Assembly (NCBI RefSeq): GCF_009914755.1
Contig: NC_060926.1
Direction: 5' to 3' (one strand)
Length of the DNA stretch: 64,000 bases
Source of the DNA: the human T2T-CHM13v2.0 reference genome, Homo sapiens
The position numbers and the translations under genes are program-made. Shown one piece after another: positions 29,442-44,342 of the stretch. The notes beneath the pieces are model-generated. The model was not told the DNA's origin. It ran no database searches and saw nothing but the letters and a program-made list of their open reading frames with translations. The number at the start of each line of letters is the position of its first letter. Position 1 is the stretch's first letter.

Positions 29442-29625
29442 CTTTCAAATTATCAAAGTGCACCCAGGAAGCAACCTCTGGTTTTTTGGTTTCTACATCA
29501 GTTTCAGGAACTGTTTCCTCTGTCTCAAGTTTTTTCACTATCTCTGTTTCTTTGTCTGCATCAGTGAATTTTTCCATGTCTTCATCATCATTTGCATCAA
29601 TAAAATTTTCTTCATCATCAGACTC
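29442..29625 (-). CDS. CEBPZ: CEBPZ exon 4 (ESDDEENF..SWVHFDNLK)
   Basis: AG/GT boundaries, 184 nt. Confidence 0.95.
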
Positions 29626-30231
29626 CTAACAAAAGTATAGTTTCATAAATCTACATAAATCAACTGGAAGTTGCAATAAAGTCTGTGCTCCATTATGTGA
29701 TGCAGAGTTTTACTTATTGCAACTCTGGTGAAACGTGAAAGTTCTAATAAAGTAAAATGATGGCTATCAATGGTATTTAAACAAGAGAGGAGATTACATC
29801 CTTATTTCTAAACATAACACAGTTAAGTTTTGAGCTAAGAACCCCTGAGCCTTAAGGACTCTAATACTTGAAAACAATTAGCCCTCAAGTAAATTTCTGA
29901 CTTGTAAATAACCCTATGAGGTAGGTACTATTATTTCCATTTCATTGTTAAGGAAGAAGACTTAAGAGGTCTACTAAGTTTTATAGTCTTCCAAATCTCA
30001 TATAATGGTAGCTTCTAGTATAGTACAGTTTATTGCAAGTAGAAGAGTTGAGCAACATGCCCACCTAGTAAACTGTACAGCTGGTACTAAAATCTAGGTT
30101 TGTCCTATTCCAGAACTCACACTCATATGCTCCAGAGAACTAGGTTACTGTCATTTGAAGCAAAGAAAAACAAAACAAAAACCAATATATTTCAGCACCC
30201 ACTCAATTTAAAAAGCAGTTGTAAAATATAC

Positions 30232-30463
30232 CGGATGATCATCTAGTTGGCTTCTTAAACCTGGTTTTGCTTTAAGGATCTCAGACACAAGATATAAAGC
30301 TCCACATATAAATGGTGGCATCTGTTGACAAGTAACTTGAAGTAACCTCTTCACAAAAGCCTTCACCCGGCGCAACACAATGTCAGCTTTCAGAGATTTG
30401 TAGACAAGGTTAAGAAACATAGCTTGCTTGGAACACGTCATCAACCCTGGATCCAACATCTTC
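30232..30463 (-). CDS. CEBPZ: CEBPZ exon 3 (KMLDPGLMTCSKQAMFLNL..LDDHP)
   Basis: AG/GT boundaries, 232 nt; ORF 30208..30525. Confidence 0.96.
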
Positions 30464-32358
30464 CTGCAAAACAAAACCAAGGTCAAATATTTATGTATAA
30501 AACCATCTCCACAACCAATGGTCACATATTAGAAATAGCTACTAACCTCATCTTAGTTAGGGATAACTTTGCTGCTTATTTTAGAACAAGAGACCCTGCC
30601 CTAAGAGGTAAGATGGAAGTCAATGACCAGAAAAGGATGATGATGGCACCAGGAAAAACCAACAGCAACAGACACAGGAATAGGCATTTTTGAGTGTGTG
30701 GTTTTCTTGTCTTTTCCAAGTGTTTTTCTGTTTTCTATATCAACAGGGCACAGCCCTAACAGTATTTACAGAACCCCACCAGAAAAGCTAATCTAAAACC
30801 AGATAGTGAAAACTGACCCATGAAAGCAGAACATTAGAAGATTTGGGTTTTTGTCCTTGTATAACTACCTACTAGCAGGGGGACCAGAGGCCGCCTCTTC
30901 ATGATTTTAGTGAAGACCATCGATGAACAGCAGAAAATTAAATTCTAAGGACTTCAGAGAATCTCTAGTCCAATGTACTAGCTGTGTAACATTCCTCTCA
31001 TACACGCTATTTTCACTGCCCAGAGTGCTTCTCTCCAACTCTCTGCATGTCCACAGTATCCAAAATTGGTTCTTCTATTAGTCTCTCAGTCCCATGTTTG
31101 TGTTCTTCATAGTTTCACAAACTTGATTTTCCTGCCTTTCCCTCTTCTCTAAAGGTCCAATGAAATAGGGATTATGCCTGTTATTCACTGTTGTAACCCC
31201 AGTGCCTGGCAGTTAATACCTTTACATGACAGTTTTCCAAATACTTGAACCTATTTAGCTATTATGTGCTTGTCTCTCCCTAATGTCTGTCTTCTGTAGG
31301 CTGCTCTACTTTGATCTCATGATACTTTAAAAATTCTCTATCCTAGGTGCTGAATCCTACACATGTCCCCAACCGGTCTAGACCTGCAGATATTAGGACA
31401 CCCAGAATTAACACAATCCTCCAGATTAGCTCTATTAACACCTGGAATCATTACTTCCTTTGTTTTAAGCATTTCCATTAATTTTTTCCTACTAACACTA
31501 GAAATGAAAAATACTTAAGCTTGTGAAGCACTTTCCTATTGCTCTGAATACTCTGGGAAATATCACCCTTTTGGTAATATTCTGGGATATTCTGGATTAT
31601 TCAATTTTCTCTCTTTACATTTAAATTTTCCAACATTTCCATCCATTTTGCAATTTATTATTAGGCATAAATTACATCTCACATCAACAGAAACATCTGA
31701 GAAGAATTTAGAGACATGTCTCTATCATTTCATGAAATATTTTCCTAATGTTTTGATAAATATTTTTGTAAACCAAATCATGTCATTTCTTTTATCCCTC
31801 AATTAACTAGGGGTTTTCTTAATGTGAAGGATTCCTAATAAAACCAAGAGCAAACAAACACTTTAAGAAGGCCTAAAGGCCTGTTAAGAAACTCCATCTG
31901 TGAGCGCTTTTGGCAAATAGTAATTTCAAAAACTTAAAAATCCACCCTTCCTCAGAGATGTTAGACTATGATGTTAAATAGAGACAGAAAAATGTTTTCT
32001 AATAGATTTCAAACACTTTCTAAAAATCAAAAATTCCTATGACCATCAAAAGTTCAAAATAATGAAACCACCCCCCTTCAAAACAAACAAACAAACAAAC
32101 AAACAAACAAACTAACAAAAACAAAACTCAAGATCCCGAAACCTCTACATTTTCAGCCTTGGAACTCTTTTCAAATTAACAGTGTTAAGTTATCTATTAC
32201 TTCAAAGAGTTGTGGAAAGGCTTCTGAGTCTTTTTAGTGGACCAGAGCAATCAGTGCTATGAAATGTCATGAAATCTACAGCAAGTGGACCTGGACTTGC
32301 CACCTAACTTGGTCTCTTAATATCTGTGTGACCTTGCCCAAATTATTGTATCTCACAG

Positions 32359-33326
32359 TGTGGGGAAAAGGAAGAGAGATCAGATTGTTACTGTGTCTGT
32401 GTAGAAAGAAGTAGACATAGGAGACTCCATTTTGTTATGTACTAAGAAAAATTCTTCTGCCTTGAGATTCTGTTAATCTATAACCTTACCCCCAACCCCG
32501 TGCTCTCTGAAACATGTGCTGTGTCCACTCAGAGTTGAATGGATTAAGGGCGGTGCAAGATGTGCTTTGTTAAACAGATGCTTGAAGGCAGCATGCTCCT
32601 TAAGAGTCATCACCACTCCCTAATCTCAAGTACCCAGGGACACAAAAACTGCGGAAGGCCGCAGGGACCTCTGCCTAGGAAAGCCAGGTATTGTCCAAGG
32701 TTTCTCCCCATGTGATAGTCTGAAATATGGCCTCGTGGGAAGGGAAAGACCTGACCGTCCCCCAGCCCGACACCCGTAAAGGGTCTGTGCTGAGGAGGAT
32801 TAGTAAAAGAGGAAGGAATGCCTCTTGCAGTTGAGACAAGAGGAAGGCATCTGTCTCCTGCCTGTCCCTGGGCAATGGAATGTCTCGGTATAAAACCCGA
32901 TTGTATGCTCCATCTACTGAGATAGGGAAAAACCGCCTTAGGGCTGGAGGTGGGACCTGTGGGCAGCAATACTGCTTTGTAAAGCATTGAGATGTTTATG
33001 TGTATGCATATCTAAAAGCACAGCACTTAATCCTTTACATTGTCTATGATGCAAAGACCTTTGTTCACGTGTTTGTCTGCTGACCCTCTCCCCACAATTG
33101 TCTTGTGACCCTGACACATCCCCCTCTTCGAGAAACACCGACAGATGATCAATAAATACTAAGGGAACTCAGAGGCTGGCGGGATCCTCCATATGCTGAA
33201 CGCTGGTTCCCCGGTTCCCCTTATTTCTTTCTCTATACTTTGTCTCTGTGTCTTTTTCTTTTCCAAATCTCTCGTCCCACCTTACGAGAAACACCCACAG
33301 GTGTGTAGGGGCAACCCACCCCTACA
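32359..33326 (+). mobile_element. Solo LTR5_Hs (HERV-K HML-2 LTR), 968 bp
   Basis: tgtggggaaaag..gcaacccacccctaca; TATAAAA 32889-32895, AATAAA 33151-33156; perfect 6-bp TSD tcacag (32353-32358, 33327-33332). Confidence 0.96.
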
Positions 33327-34584
33327 TCACAGACTGGAGAGCTGTTAAGAGGATTAAACTAAAGAAACATGGATGACTATCAGTAATAAGGATAGCCGCC
33401 AACATTTCACATAGCACTAAGTGTTAGGCACTGTTAAGCACTTAATATACATAGAAAGATTACATGGGTTAACACACATAACCTCCCAACCTTCATTAAA
33501 GCCCCAGTTCTGTCATTTACAAGCTGCAGAACCTTGTGCAAGTTTCAAAATCTTCATAATAATCATATGAGATAGCTGCTTTTCTCTCCATCCTACAGAC
33601 AAATCCACTTAAGCATGATAACATGGGATGAATTATGTCTACCAATAGGTTTTTAGTGGGGATCAAGTAATTTGCCCAAAATTACACAGAAAACTAATGG
33701 CAGGGACTCAAACCCAGGCGGCGTGGCTTAAGTCTAAGATACGAACCACTACTCCACATTTTCTCACAAGATATATCTATGTAAAAATATAAAAATGAAT
33801 CAGAAGGAAATATATTAATTTCTTGAACACAGTTGCTATGTTCGACTGTCTCTTAAACAGCTCCAAACTGTTTACACATTGCTGAAAATATGATGCCTCA
33901 ATGGGTGAGTTGCAAAATTCAGTAAAGAAAATCTTCATCTCCATTAAAAAACAACAACAAAAAAAACCCTGCACCCTGCATCCCCCAAAACTCTCTACTT
34001 AACATACTTTGTTTACCACCGCTCCCCTCTCTGCCACCTCCTCCAATATGAATGTGAGCGCCTCCAGGGGTGGGATTTCTGTTCGCTGTGCCTCCTGTGC
34101 ACCTAGAGCATGGCAGCATACTGCAGGCACTCAGAAAATACTTGTTGAATGAGTTACTGTGTGAATGCATTCAACTGTGTGAAGGACAGCAGGGAAAAGA
34201 TAGAGGACTGAGGAGAATGGGAAGACGGAAACTGCAATTATATCTGCAATTTTATTTCTTTAATATCCCAAAAGATTTAAAACAAATATAGCAAAATGTT
34301 AATTCTGAAATACTAGGTGGTAGATATGAATGAATCTTTTGGGTATTTTTCTGTATTTTACAACCTCTCAAAATGAAAAATGTATTCAAAGCATCTAATA
34401 TAATTTGTGCCCATCAGGGAAACAAAGATTAAGTGACTTACTTGAAGGTGGCGAGTAGCAAGCTGCTGAGGGGGCCTAAAACCAAATTTTCTAACTCTTT
34501 TTCTTGCCCCACAGAGGGCACTGCTTGTGCTGTACTACATCAAGTTATTATTTCATGTCTCATATTGGAAGGGTATGTTCTTAC

Positions 34585-36077
34585 CTGTATAATGCTGTGT
34601 AATATCGATCCGATATTGTCTGCTGAGAATTCATTACTTGGAAAAGCAACATTAAAGCCTGGACACTGGTATTAAAATTCACAATATGCAACACTTTAAA
34701 CAGTGTGTCAATCTGCTCCCTTACTTTGTCATCACCAGTCTGGGAATAAGGGTATGCCCTATTCACACCTGTTAAAAGGGCGCTAAGCATTTTTGATTCA
34801 ACATCTTTTTTTTTGACACAAGTCCGAAAAAAGCAAAAGTAAACAGTTATTAATTTGTTAGCCAATTCACTTTCTTCATGGGACAGAGCCATTTGATTTA
34901 AAAAGCAAATTGCATAATATTGAGCTTTGGAGCTGATATTTGAGCGGAAGAGTAGCCTTTCTACTTCACCAGACACAACTCCTTTCATATTGGGATGTTT
35001 ACAAAGTAATGTCTCTAACAGATGGGATGCTTTTGTGGCAATTCTGTTCTGAGGATCTCCCAGTTTATTTACCACTTGCACAAGAAGAGCCTTTTCTTCC
35101 TCAGGCTTGTTACAAAGCAGCTCATGAGCCACGGTAAGGGCTCGAGTTTTAGTGGTTACTAATGTATCATGACTTAAAGTTTCTAAGACCTGCACAAATT
35201 CAGCCACTAAGTGTTTCAGCTGGTGTTCAAAATACCATAATATCAGTCTTCTATCTCTTGAGTCCTTGTTGCCACTGGACAACTGTTCCAGTTTGTCAAA
35301 AGGACGCTGGCTGAAAATCCTCAGCTTCCGATTGTCTGGCAAAAGGTCTGTGATAAGCAACTCTTTGAAAGTATCCAAGGCCATAAGGCACTGCTGTTTG
35401 CTGCCCTTCTTTTTAACAAGGTTCACAAGAGTTTCTACAAACTGAAGTGTGTGAACGGCATCATCCTGAATAAGAAGAATCATGGCTGCCATCCTGTCAC
35501 CTAGTGTCCCCGATGACACAATTGCCTTCATCCAGGTAGAAGAGGCTCCCTTTTGACTATTCGTCTTACTTTTGAATAAGTTGATTTCATGCTGATACAG
35601 CTTCTGAGCAAGGGTTTTGTACTTAGATACAACATCCTGAGGCTGGGGTTTCAAAGAATATTCATTGCTGTACTCCAGATCATACCATTTGCCTCCAGGC
35701 CTAAGTAACAAAGTCTGTCTCTCAAAAAATTCAAAGATGTTCTGTTTATCTTTCTTTACTTTCGGTGTGGTACTGCCATTCTCATCAGAATGTGGTTCTG
35801 GCCTATTCTTATTTTTCACCTTATTAACTGATGTCCTTTGACTTTCTGCTGTATTTTTATTATTTATTTTAGGTATTTTTACTTCTTTTTTGCTGGAATT
35901 TTCTTTTTCAGCTGGTTCATCTTCTTCAATTAAGGAAGCTTTTGTATACTTCGCCAAATTAAGATTTTGAATAAATGCTTCCAATTCACCTTGCTGAAGG
36001 TCATCGATTGCTCCTTTTTTGCCTCCATCTATCACTTCCTCATTCTCATCCAAAGTAGCCAGCATAAGGTAATCTTG
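34585..36077 (-). CDS. CEBPZ: CEBPZ exon 2 (1493 nt; CBF2/Noc1/Mak21 homolog, 60S biogenesis factor)
   Basis: ORF 34581..36092; atgcag|CAAGAT acceptor and AG|gtaaga donor. Confidence 0.97.
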
Positions 36078-36329
36078 CTGCATTAAAAACATAAGTTAAA
36101 AATACATTACAAATGTGAAAAATAAAACCATAAAATAATAGGAAACACAACATAATTTTAAAAATAATTTCGGAACTGGAAAAATCCTTTCAAATTTGAC
36201 ATAAAACTCAGGGTCCACAAAGGAAAGGATAAGTAAATTTCTCTTTCTCTCTCTTTCTTTTACACACACACACACGCACACACACTTTTTATTTCGATAT
36301 AGGAAAAAAATATAAATTATAAACTGGAA

Positions 36330-37540
36330 AAAAAATACAAGCAATTCCTATCAAAGTAATTGGGTTTAATCCCTTAATATAAGTTTCTACACATCAGTAA
36401 GTGACAACCCAAAAGAAAAATGTGCAAAGGACATGAACAGTTCATAGAAAAAAAGGGTTCTTTAAGAATATGAAAAGATGTTCAACCTCACTGAGGTTTA
36501 GACAAATCCACATTAAAACCACAATGATACATCCATCTTTTAATTTATCAGATGAGCAAAGATACACTGCAAGATGAGCAAGATACAATGACAGGTGATG
36601 CTGGGGAAGGGGTGGCGGAAACGGCACTTTCATACATGGTTGATGTGAGTGTAAACTGACACAACCTCCATGGAGGACAATTTGTCAACTCCAATCACAA
36701 CTATTTAATACAAGGCACACATCTGTTGGCCCAGCAGCTTCATTTCTAAAAATTAACTAACTGATTGAGACATGGTCTCGCTCTGTTGTCCAGGCTTGAG
36801 TACAGTGGCATGACCATGGCTGAACTGCAGCCTCAACCTCCCAGGCTGAAGTGATCCTCCAACCTCAGCCTGTAGCTGGCACTACACGCCCAGCTATTTA
36901 AAAAAAAAATTTTTTTTTGAGATGAGGTCTCCTTATGTTGCCCAGGCTGGTCTCAAACTCCTGGACTCAAGGTATCCTCCCACCTCTGACTCCCAAAGTG
37001 CTGGGATTATGGGTGTGAGCCACTGTGCCTGGCTCATTTCTACAAATTTATACTACATATACACTTACAAAAGTGGGGGAAAAACACGATTAAGGTTATT
37101 AACTGTAGTATTATTTAAAATAGTGAAAGACTGGCAATAATTTAAATATTCACAATAAATGGCTGGTTAGATAAATTAAGACAGACAAAATGATTTATGC
37201 AGCCATAGCAATGACACAGAACGTTATGCACTGATATAGAAGGATTTCTAAGACAGAAAAGAAAGCAAAATGTAGAGATAGGTGTATATATATGGTACCA
37301 TTTATGTAAAAAAGATACACCCGTATTTCATACACATAAATGAGTATGTATATGCTTGAAAAGGTATATAGTATCCCTGAAAGATATAAAATGCAGTTGT
37401 AAAAATAATTGCTTCCTATCAGGGCAATGGTTATGGCTGAGATAAAAGTGGAAACAATTTGACTTCACTATGTATCTTTTAAAGTTTGCACCACGTGTTT
37501 CATGTGTATATATTACCTATTCAAAACTTAAATATACACA
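36330..37540 (+). mobile_element. Old L1M 3' fragment interrupted by an AluJ (36765-37034, minus strand)
   Basis: gcaaaggacatgaacag..atatgaaaagatgttcaacctcact L1M motifs; boundaries approximate. Confidence 0.7.
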
Positions 37541-38452
37541 AGCACAGAGCAAACTGTGAATCTGCCTATCTCTAACTAACTCCTCCACCTTGAAAGTCCA
37601 GTCTCCAAACAAAATAATATTAAAAACAAAGTTAATTTCTGTTCCTTATCTGCTTAAAATCTTCCAGTGGTTTTGCATCAAACTCAGAGCAAAAGCCTGC
37701 CCTCTGACCCCTCGGCCCTCCTTTCTTACTATTCTCCCCTTAACTCACTCTGCCTCTGCTACACTGGCATTTTGGCTGCTCATGGAATAGGTTAGGCACT
37801 CTTCTGCCTGTCTTTGCATTTGCTGTTCCAACTGACTGGAATGGCAGCTCACTCCTTCCTGTCCTTTAGGATTCTGCTCAAACATTTCCGTGATGTGTTT
37901 GTCGATCATCTCATTTAATACTAACGCGCTCCCACTCCTTATCGTCCTTCCTTGTTTTATTTTCTTTTATAGCACTACCCCGCGTCTGCTGTACTATGTG
38001 TTTAAAAGTTTGTTTACTGTTTCTCTCCCTTAATTAGGATGCTCCAAAAAAGAGGGCTTCTGGGGCATACAGTGACACGTGCATGTACTCTATGAGAACA
38101 GAAATGAAAATTCCAATACCACTGGTGTTCAAAACACTCATACCACAAGGTCAGGACCAAGAAAAGCCACTCTCCGACCTGATGGTGTGATGGTTATACC
38201 ACGTCAATAAAATCAGAAGATCGCCTACATCCTAAGAATAGCCAGAGAATACAACGTTCAATTCGAAACTTTTCTTTTGTAAACAGCAGTGGAAACCGGC
38301 GTGGGAAGCGCACCGAACACATGCTTCAGAGGCTGGGATCTCGGTCCTGGACGCCCGCGCTCTACGCAGCGCGGAAGCGGCGGGGCAGTCAGCCTAGCCA
38401 CCTTCGGAACTCTCCACGCCTGATCCCGTTCCCCGGAGCCCGCGGCCGTTAC

Positions 38453-38608
38453 CTTGGTGCCTCCGAGCCGTAACACTTCCTCCAGGGAGAACCCATTCTC
38501 GGCTTCACTAGTATTATCCTCATCCTCCTCGTCCGGATCTTCTACTGCCTCCTCGGGGCGCCAAGGCCGCTTGGCATGGAACTCCAAAGGCTCCTTGACT
38601 GCGGCCAT
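38453..38608 (-). CDS. CEBPZ: CEBPZ exon 1 (MAAVKEPLEFHAKRPWRPEE..LRLGGTK)
   Basis: gctATGG at 38608, donor AAG|gtaac; 156 nt; the 16 exons total 3165 nt = 1054 aa + stop. Confidence 0.97.
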
Positions 38609-38746
38609 AGCGGGCAAAGCATACGCGCGTGAAACTCAGCCTATTTCCGCTCTGCCAGTGGCGTAATTCCTGTCGGGGCGTGTCTTCTCCCGGAAATGGT
38701 CTAAGCCCCAGCTCCTGGCGGAGCGAGCTAGCCTGCGAATTTCAGC

Positions 38747-38801
38747 ATGAGTGTACTGCTGAGGTCAGGTTTGGGGCCGTTGTGTGCCGTGGCGCGCGCA
38801 G
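38747..38801 (+). CDS. NDUFAF7: NDUFAF7 exon 1 (mitochondrial targeting peptide MSVLLRSGLGPLCAVARA)
   Basis: agcATGA, donor CAG|gtaagc; 55 nt. Confidence 0.96.
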
Positions 38802-39146
38802 GTAAGCGTCAGTCCCCTCGAAGCCCGGTTGCCGTGGAAGCCGCGTGGGGCGCCTTCCTCAGCTCTTCAGTTGAGGGTACCGGGGGATCAAGGGCTCGGG
38901 GGCTCACTTCCACCTTGAAGGTACCCTGGGCTGGAAACGGGTCCGGTACAAACGCAATAGGGCTGCGTAGTCGTGGGCAAGTGGGTGCTGTCTCTGCGCC
39001 CCGTGGGCGTGCTAAGCACAGTAGCCCGCGGTCTGCGGTGGGGCGAGGTTAAGGGTTCACGAAGCTGTTTTGAAAACGCTCAGGCGGCTTGCGCTCGTGA
39101 ATGGTCAGATTTATCATGGGGTCTGTTTAATTTGTGTTTTTCGCAG

Positions 39147-39307
39147 CCATTCCTTTTATTTGGAGAGGGAAATACTTCAGCTCCGGGAATGAGCCTGCAG
39201 AAAACCCGGTGACGCCGATGCTGCGGCATCTTATGTACAAAATAAAGTCTACTGGTCCCATCACTGTGGCCGAGTACATGAAGGAGGTGTTGACTAATCC
39301 AGCCAAG
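39147..39307 (+). CDS. NDUFAF7: NDUFAF7 exon 2 (..GPITVAEYMKEVLTNPAK)
   Basis: AG/GT boundaries, 161 nt. Confidence 0.96.
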
Positions 39308-40388
39308 GTATGGGTCGGGTAGCCCGAGGACTAGGCCCTCTCTAGCCGATTTGCGAGGTGCAAGCCAGGAGGGAGAAGCCCGAAGGTTCTCAGCCCAGGC
39401 AGTGGGGGTGCCTGCCAGGGGAAGAGCCATTTCTGAGGACCTGGGGACAGATAATTTGTCAGTTGGTCAGGGCTGGCTCACGTCAGAGGCAGTGCCAGTA
39501 AAGAGGAGAGGACACGGTCCAAGGGTGTTTAGGAGACAGAATGTAGCTGATTGGATTTATGATGCGGTAAGGATGACTTTCCTACTTGGCTGATGGTGGG
39601 TGGTGTGGATTCATTGCTTTGGGAGAAGGAATGCGGGAGGAAGGATGGAGAGTTCAGGCTGGTATATGAATTTGAAGTGTGTGGGACTCTTAGGTAGAAA
39701 TCTCCAACAGGCAGCTGGAAATAGGAATTACTGCCTGGAAAGTCGTCTGTGTTGGAATGGCTTCAGCTGGCATTGGAGACATGTGCTGGGTTTTCTCACA
39801 TGTGCAGTTGAGAATGCAGTCTGGGTCGTCTTCACTGTTCTAGGATTAGGCACAGTCACAGCTTTCTGACCCACGTTTCCTTGTCTGTTCTACAGAGCCA
39901 TTTGGTGAAAGCCTATAGTCCTTTATTTTAGAATATTTCATCTTTTGCTGGGTTGAAATATGACCTCTGTGGAATTCTGGGGTTAGATTGGCCATTGTTG
40001 TTGGATATGGTAGTGTGACTCTAGTGTCGAGGTTTACCCAAGGCCGGTATCTTTCTTTCGATGCCGGTTAGGCAGGGCTGCAAGATAGGTGGCTTAGACT
40101 AGTGTGGTGGTACTAGAAATAGAAGAGGGTGGTTTAGAAAGGGACTGACAGGATTTGCCGATGGATTGAGTGATGGAACGGAGGAATCAAGGCTGATTCG
40201 TACTTTTAGCTTGAGCAGTTGGGTGATGATGGTACCTTTTATTGAGATTAAGACAGACAGGACCAGGTTTGGAGGAGTACTAGGGAGAGGGCCTACACCA
40301 GGAGCTGCATTTTATACATATTTTGTTAGCAGTGACATGCAGGTGGAGATAGAAAGTAGGCAATTCGCTGTAAGAGTCTGGCGTTCAG

Positions 40389-40682
40389 GGCCGGACGTGG
40401 CGGCTCACGCCTGTAATCCCAGCACTTTGGGAGGCCAAGGCGGGTGGATCACGAGGTCAGGAGTTTGAGACCAGCCTGACCAACATGGTGAAACCCCGTC
40501 TCTATTAAAAATACAAAAATTAGCCGGGCGTGGTGGCTTGTGCCTGTAATCCCAGCTAGTCAGGAGGCAGGAGAATCGCTTGAACCCGGGACGCAGAAGT
40601 TGCAGTGAGCCTAGATTTCGCCATTGCACTCCAGCCTGGGCAACAGAGCGAGACTCTGTCTCAAAAAAAAAAAAAAAAAAAA
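40389..40682 (+). mobile_element. Alu inside an L2-like region
   Basis: Alu consensus. Confidence 0.92.
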
Positions 40683-40833
40683 TGAGCCTGGTGTTCAGAA
40701 GAAAGACTGGGCAGGCATATATACATTTGCTCGTCATCAGCATATAGGTCATATTTAAAGCCAAGGAACCAGGGAGAACATACTGAGAGAAAGGAAGGTT
40801 TCCCAGCATTGAGAGTAGGGGTAACTCTAAAAT

Positions 40834-41625
<792 letters not shown>

Positions 41626-42649
41626 CTTATGAACGGAACTAGAAAGCCTAGAAGAAGAGATGTGTGGATTGAAAAAATGTTCTTAAAAATGGGAGTGACT
41701 TGATTTATTTTGAATGCTGAAGGGGGAAAGTTGAAGCTGGAAGAGAGAAGGGGACAGCTAAAAGGACTCAGGGGAGTTGTATGAGGAATGGTCCAGAGCA
41801 CAGGCGGAGGGATTAGGTTTGGATGAGAGGAGAAGGGGAAGGCATTTCATTCTTGGAGTCCCCAGATTAGGTTAGAGGCCAGGTGGGGATGGGAAGCTGA
41901 GGAATTTGTATTTTATAACATTCTTTAATTCTGGAGTGAGACTGGGGCCCATGTCACCTGTAGTAAGGTGGTAGAATAGGAGCTTGAGAAGCATAAGAAA
42001 TATTTAACTCAATTCTTGAGTGTTTCTTGAAGGTTAGGCATCGTGCTAAAACTTGGGATATGAAGATAAATAAGGCATGATCTTCTGCAAACAACTATAC
42101 TTTGTGGTGAAGAACAGAGACAAATAAGCTCAGAAAAGGTGGCACTGGATTTGGCCTTAGGTTGGAGGGCTGGAGGAGGTCAGCTAGGTGGCATTTGAGC
42201 AGATTCGGAGGTTGAGTATAAGACTGCCAGGGAAAGTTGAAAAGGGAGAAGGGTGAGGATTTGCAGTGGCATGGATGTCTGGACAAGCAAGGCTAATAAG
42301 AAAAAAAAAAACAACCCTTTTTCTGGAGATATAATATTCATATAGAAAAGTTCATAAACCACAAGTTTACAGCTCAATGAATTTTCACAAAGCAAATGCT
42401 CCCATGTAACCAGCACCCAAATCAAGAAACAGAACATCACCAGCAGGCAGGGCCCATATGTGAGGCAGAAAGTGTTAGAATTTGGAGAGGAGGCTGGAGG
42501 AGTAGGCAGGGTCTTGCTGTGTTGGGTGTGGGAGCTGGGAGGGGAGGAAGGGTCTGGCGTGCAGAGATGGACGTTACATGACTTCTGCCTTTACGGTCAA
42601 GGTGTAATTGTTTTTCTACCGGTTTTGTAAAATGACTGTTACTTTGTAA

Positions 42650-42989
<340 letters not shown>

Positions 42990-43077
42990 TCCCCTTGCTT
43001 ATTTAGAGGAGAGAACTTTCTTACTAAATAATTATTTCACTTTTACATTATTTAAGATTTTGGAGGGGTATTTTTAA

Positions 43078-43233
<156 letters not shown>

Positions 43234-43527
43234 TGAAGCTAATATAAACATTTGAGAGCAGATCAAATTGTATTATTCTGTAGTAGTGTTCTACAGCTTT
43301 TTTTGTGATTCATCAAAAGTTTTAACTTTATAGTAGTTTATGTACTGAGGGAATAGAGAGGCAGTAGAGGGGAGTAAAATGGTAGAGAGAATATTTGAAA
43401 AGTTTATACTCCACTGTAGGAAGGGAAATGGAGAGATAAGAGGGACAAAGAGAAAGAGAAGGAAAGGAGGGGGTCATAAAGAGGACAGAAAAAGGAGAAT
43501 CAGATGAAGTAAGAGAATGGAAGAAGG

Positions 43528-43966
<439 letters not shown>

Positions 43967-43993
43967 TCATGATTTTAGCCGTACTTACAGTAA

Positions 43994-44342
<349 letters not shown>

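Larger units (their letters stand above)
38280..39420. promoter_or_regulatory. CpG island and bidirectional promoter of CEBPZ/NDUFAF7 (core 38609-38746)
   Basis: Divergent ATGs 138 nt apart; ETS cores (atttccg 38643-38649, ccggaaat 38690-38697); GC box; no TATA. Confidence 0.9.

Noticed and set aside
32610-33138. ORFs inside LTR5_Hs
   Set aside because: Antisense LTR frames; no gag/pol/env sequence lies between the TSDs.
38258-38617. N-terminally extended CEBPZ (MPAMAAV) and read-through past 38453
   Set aside because: The track starts at a TTG; the ATG is at 38608 and the remainder is intron 1.
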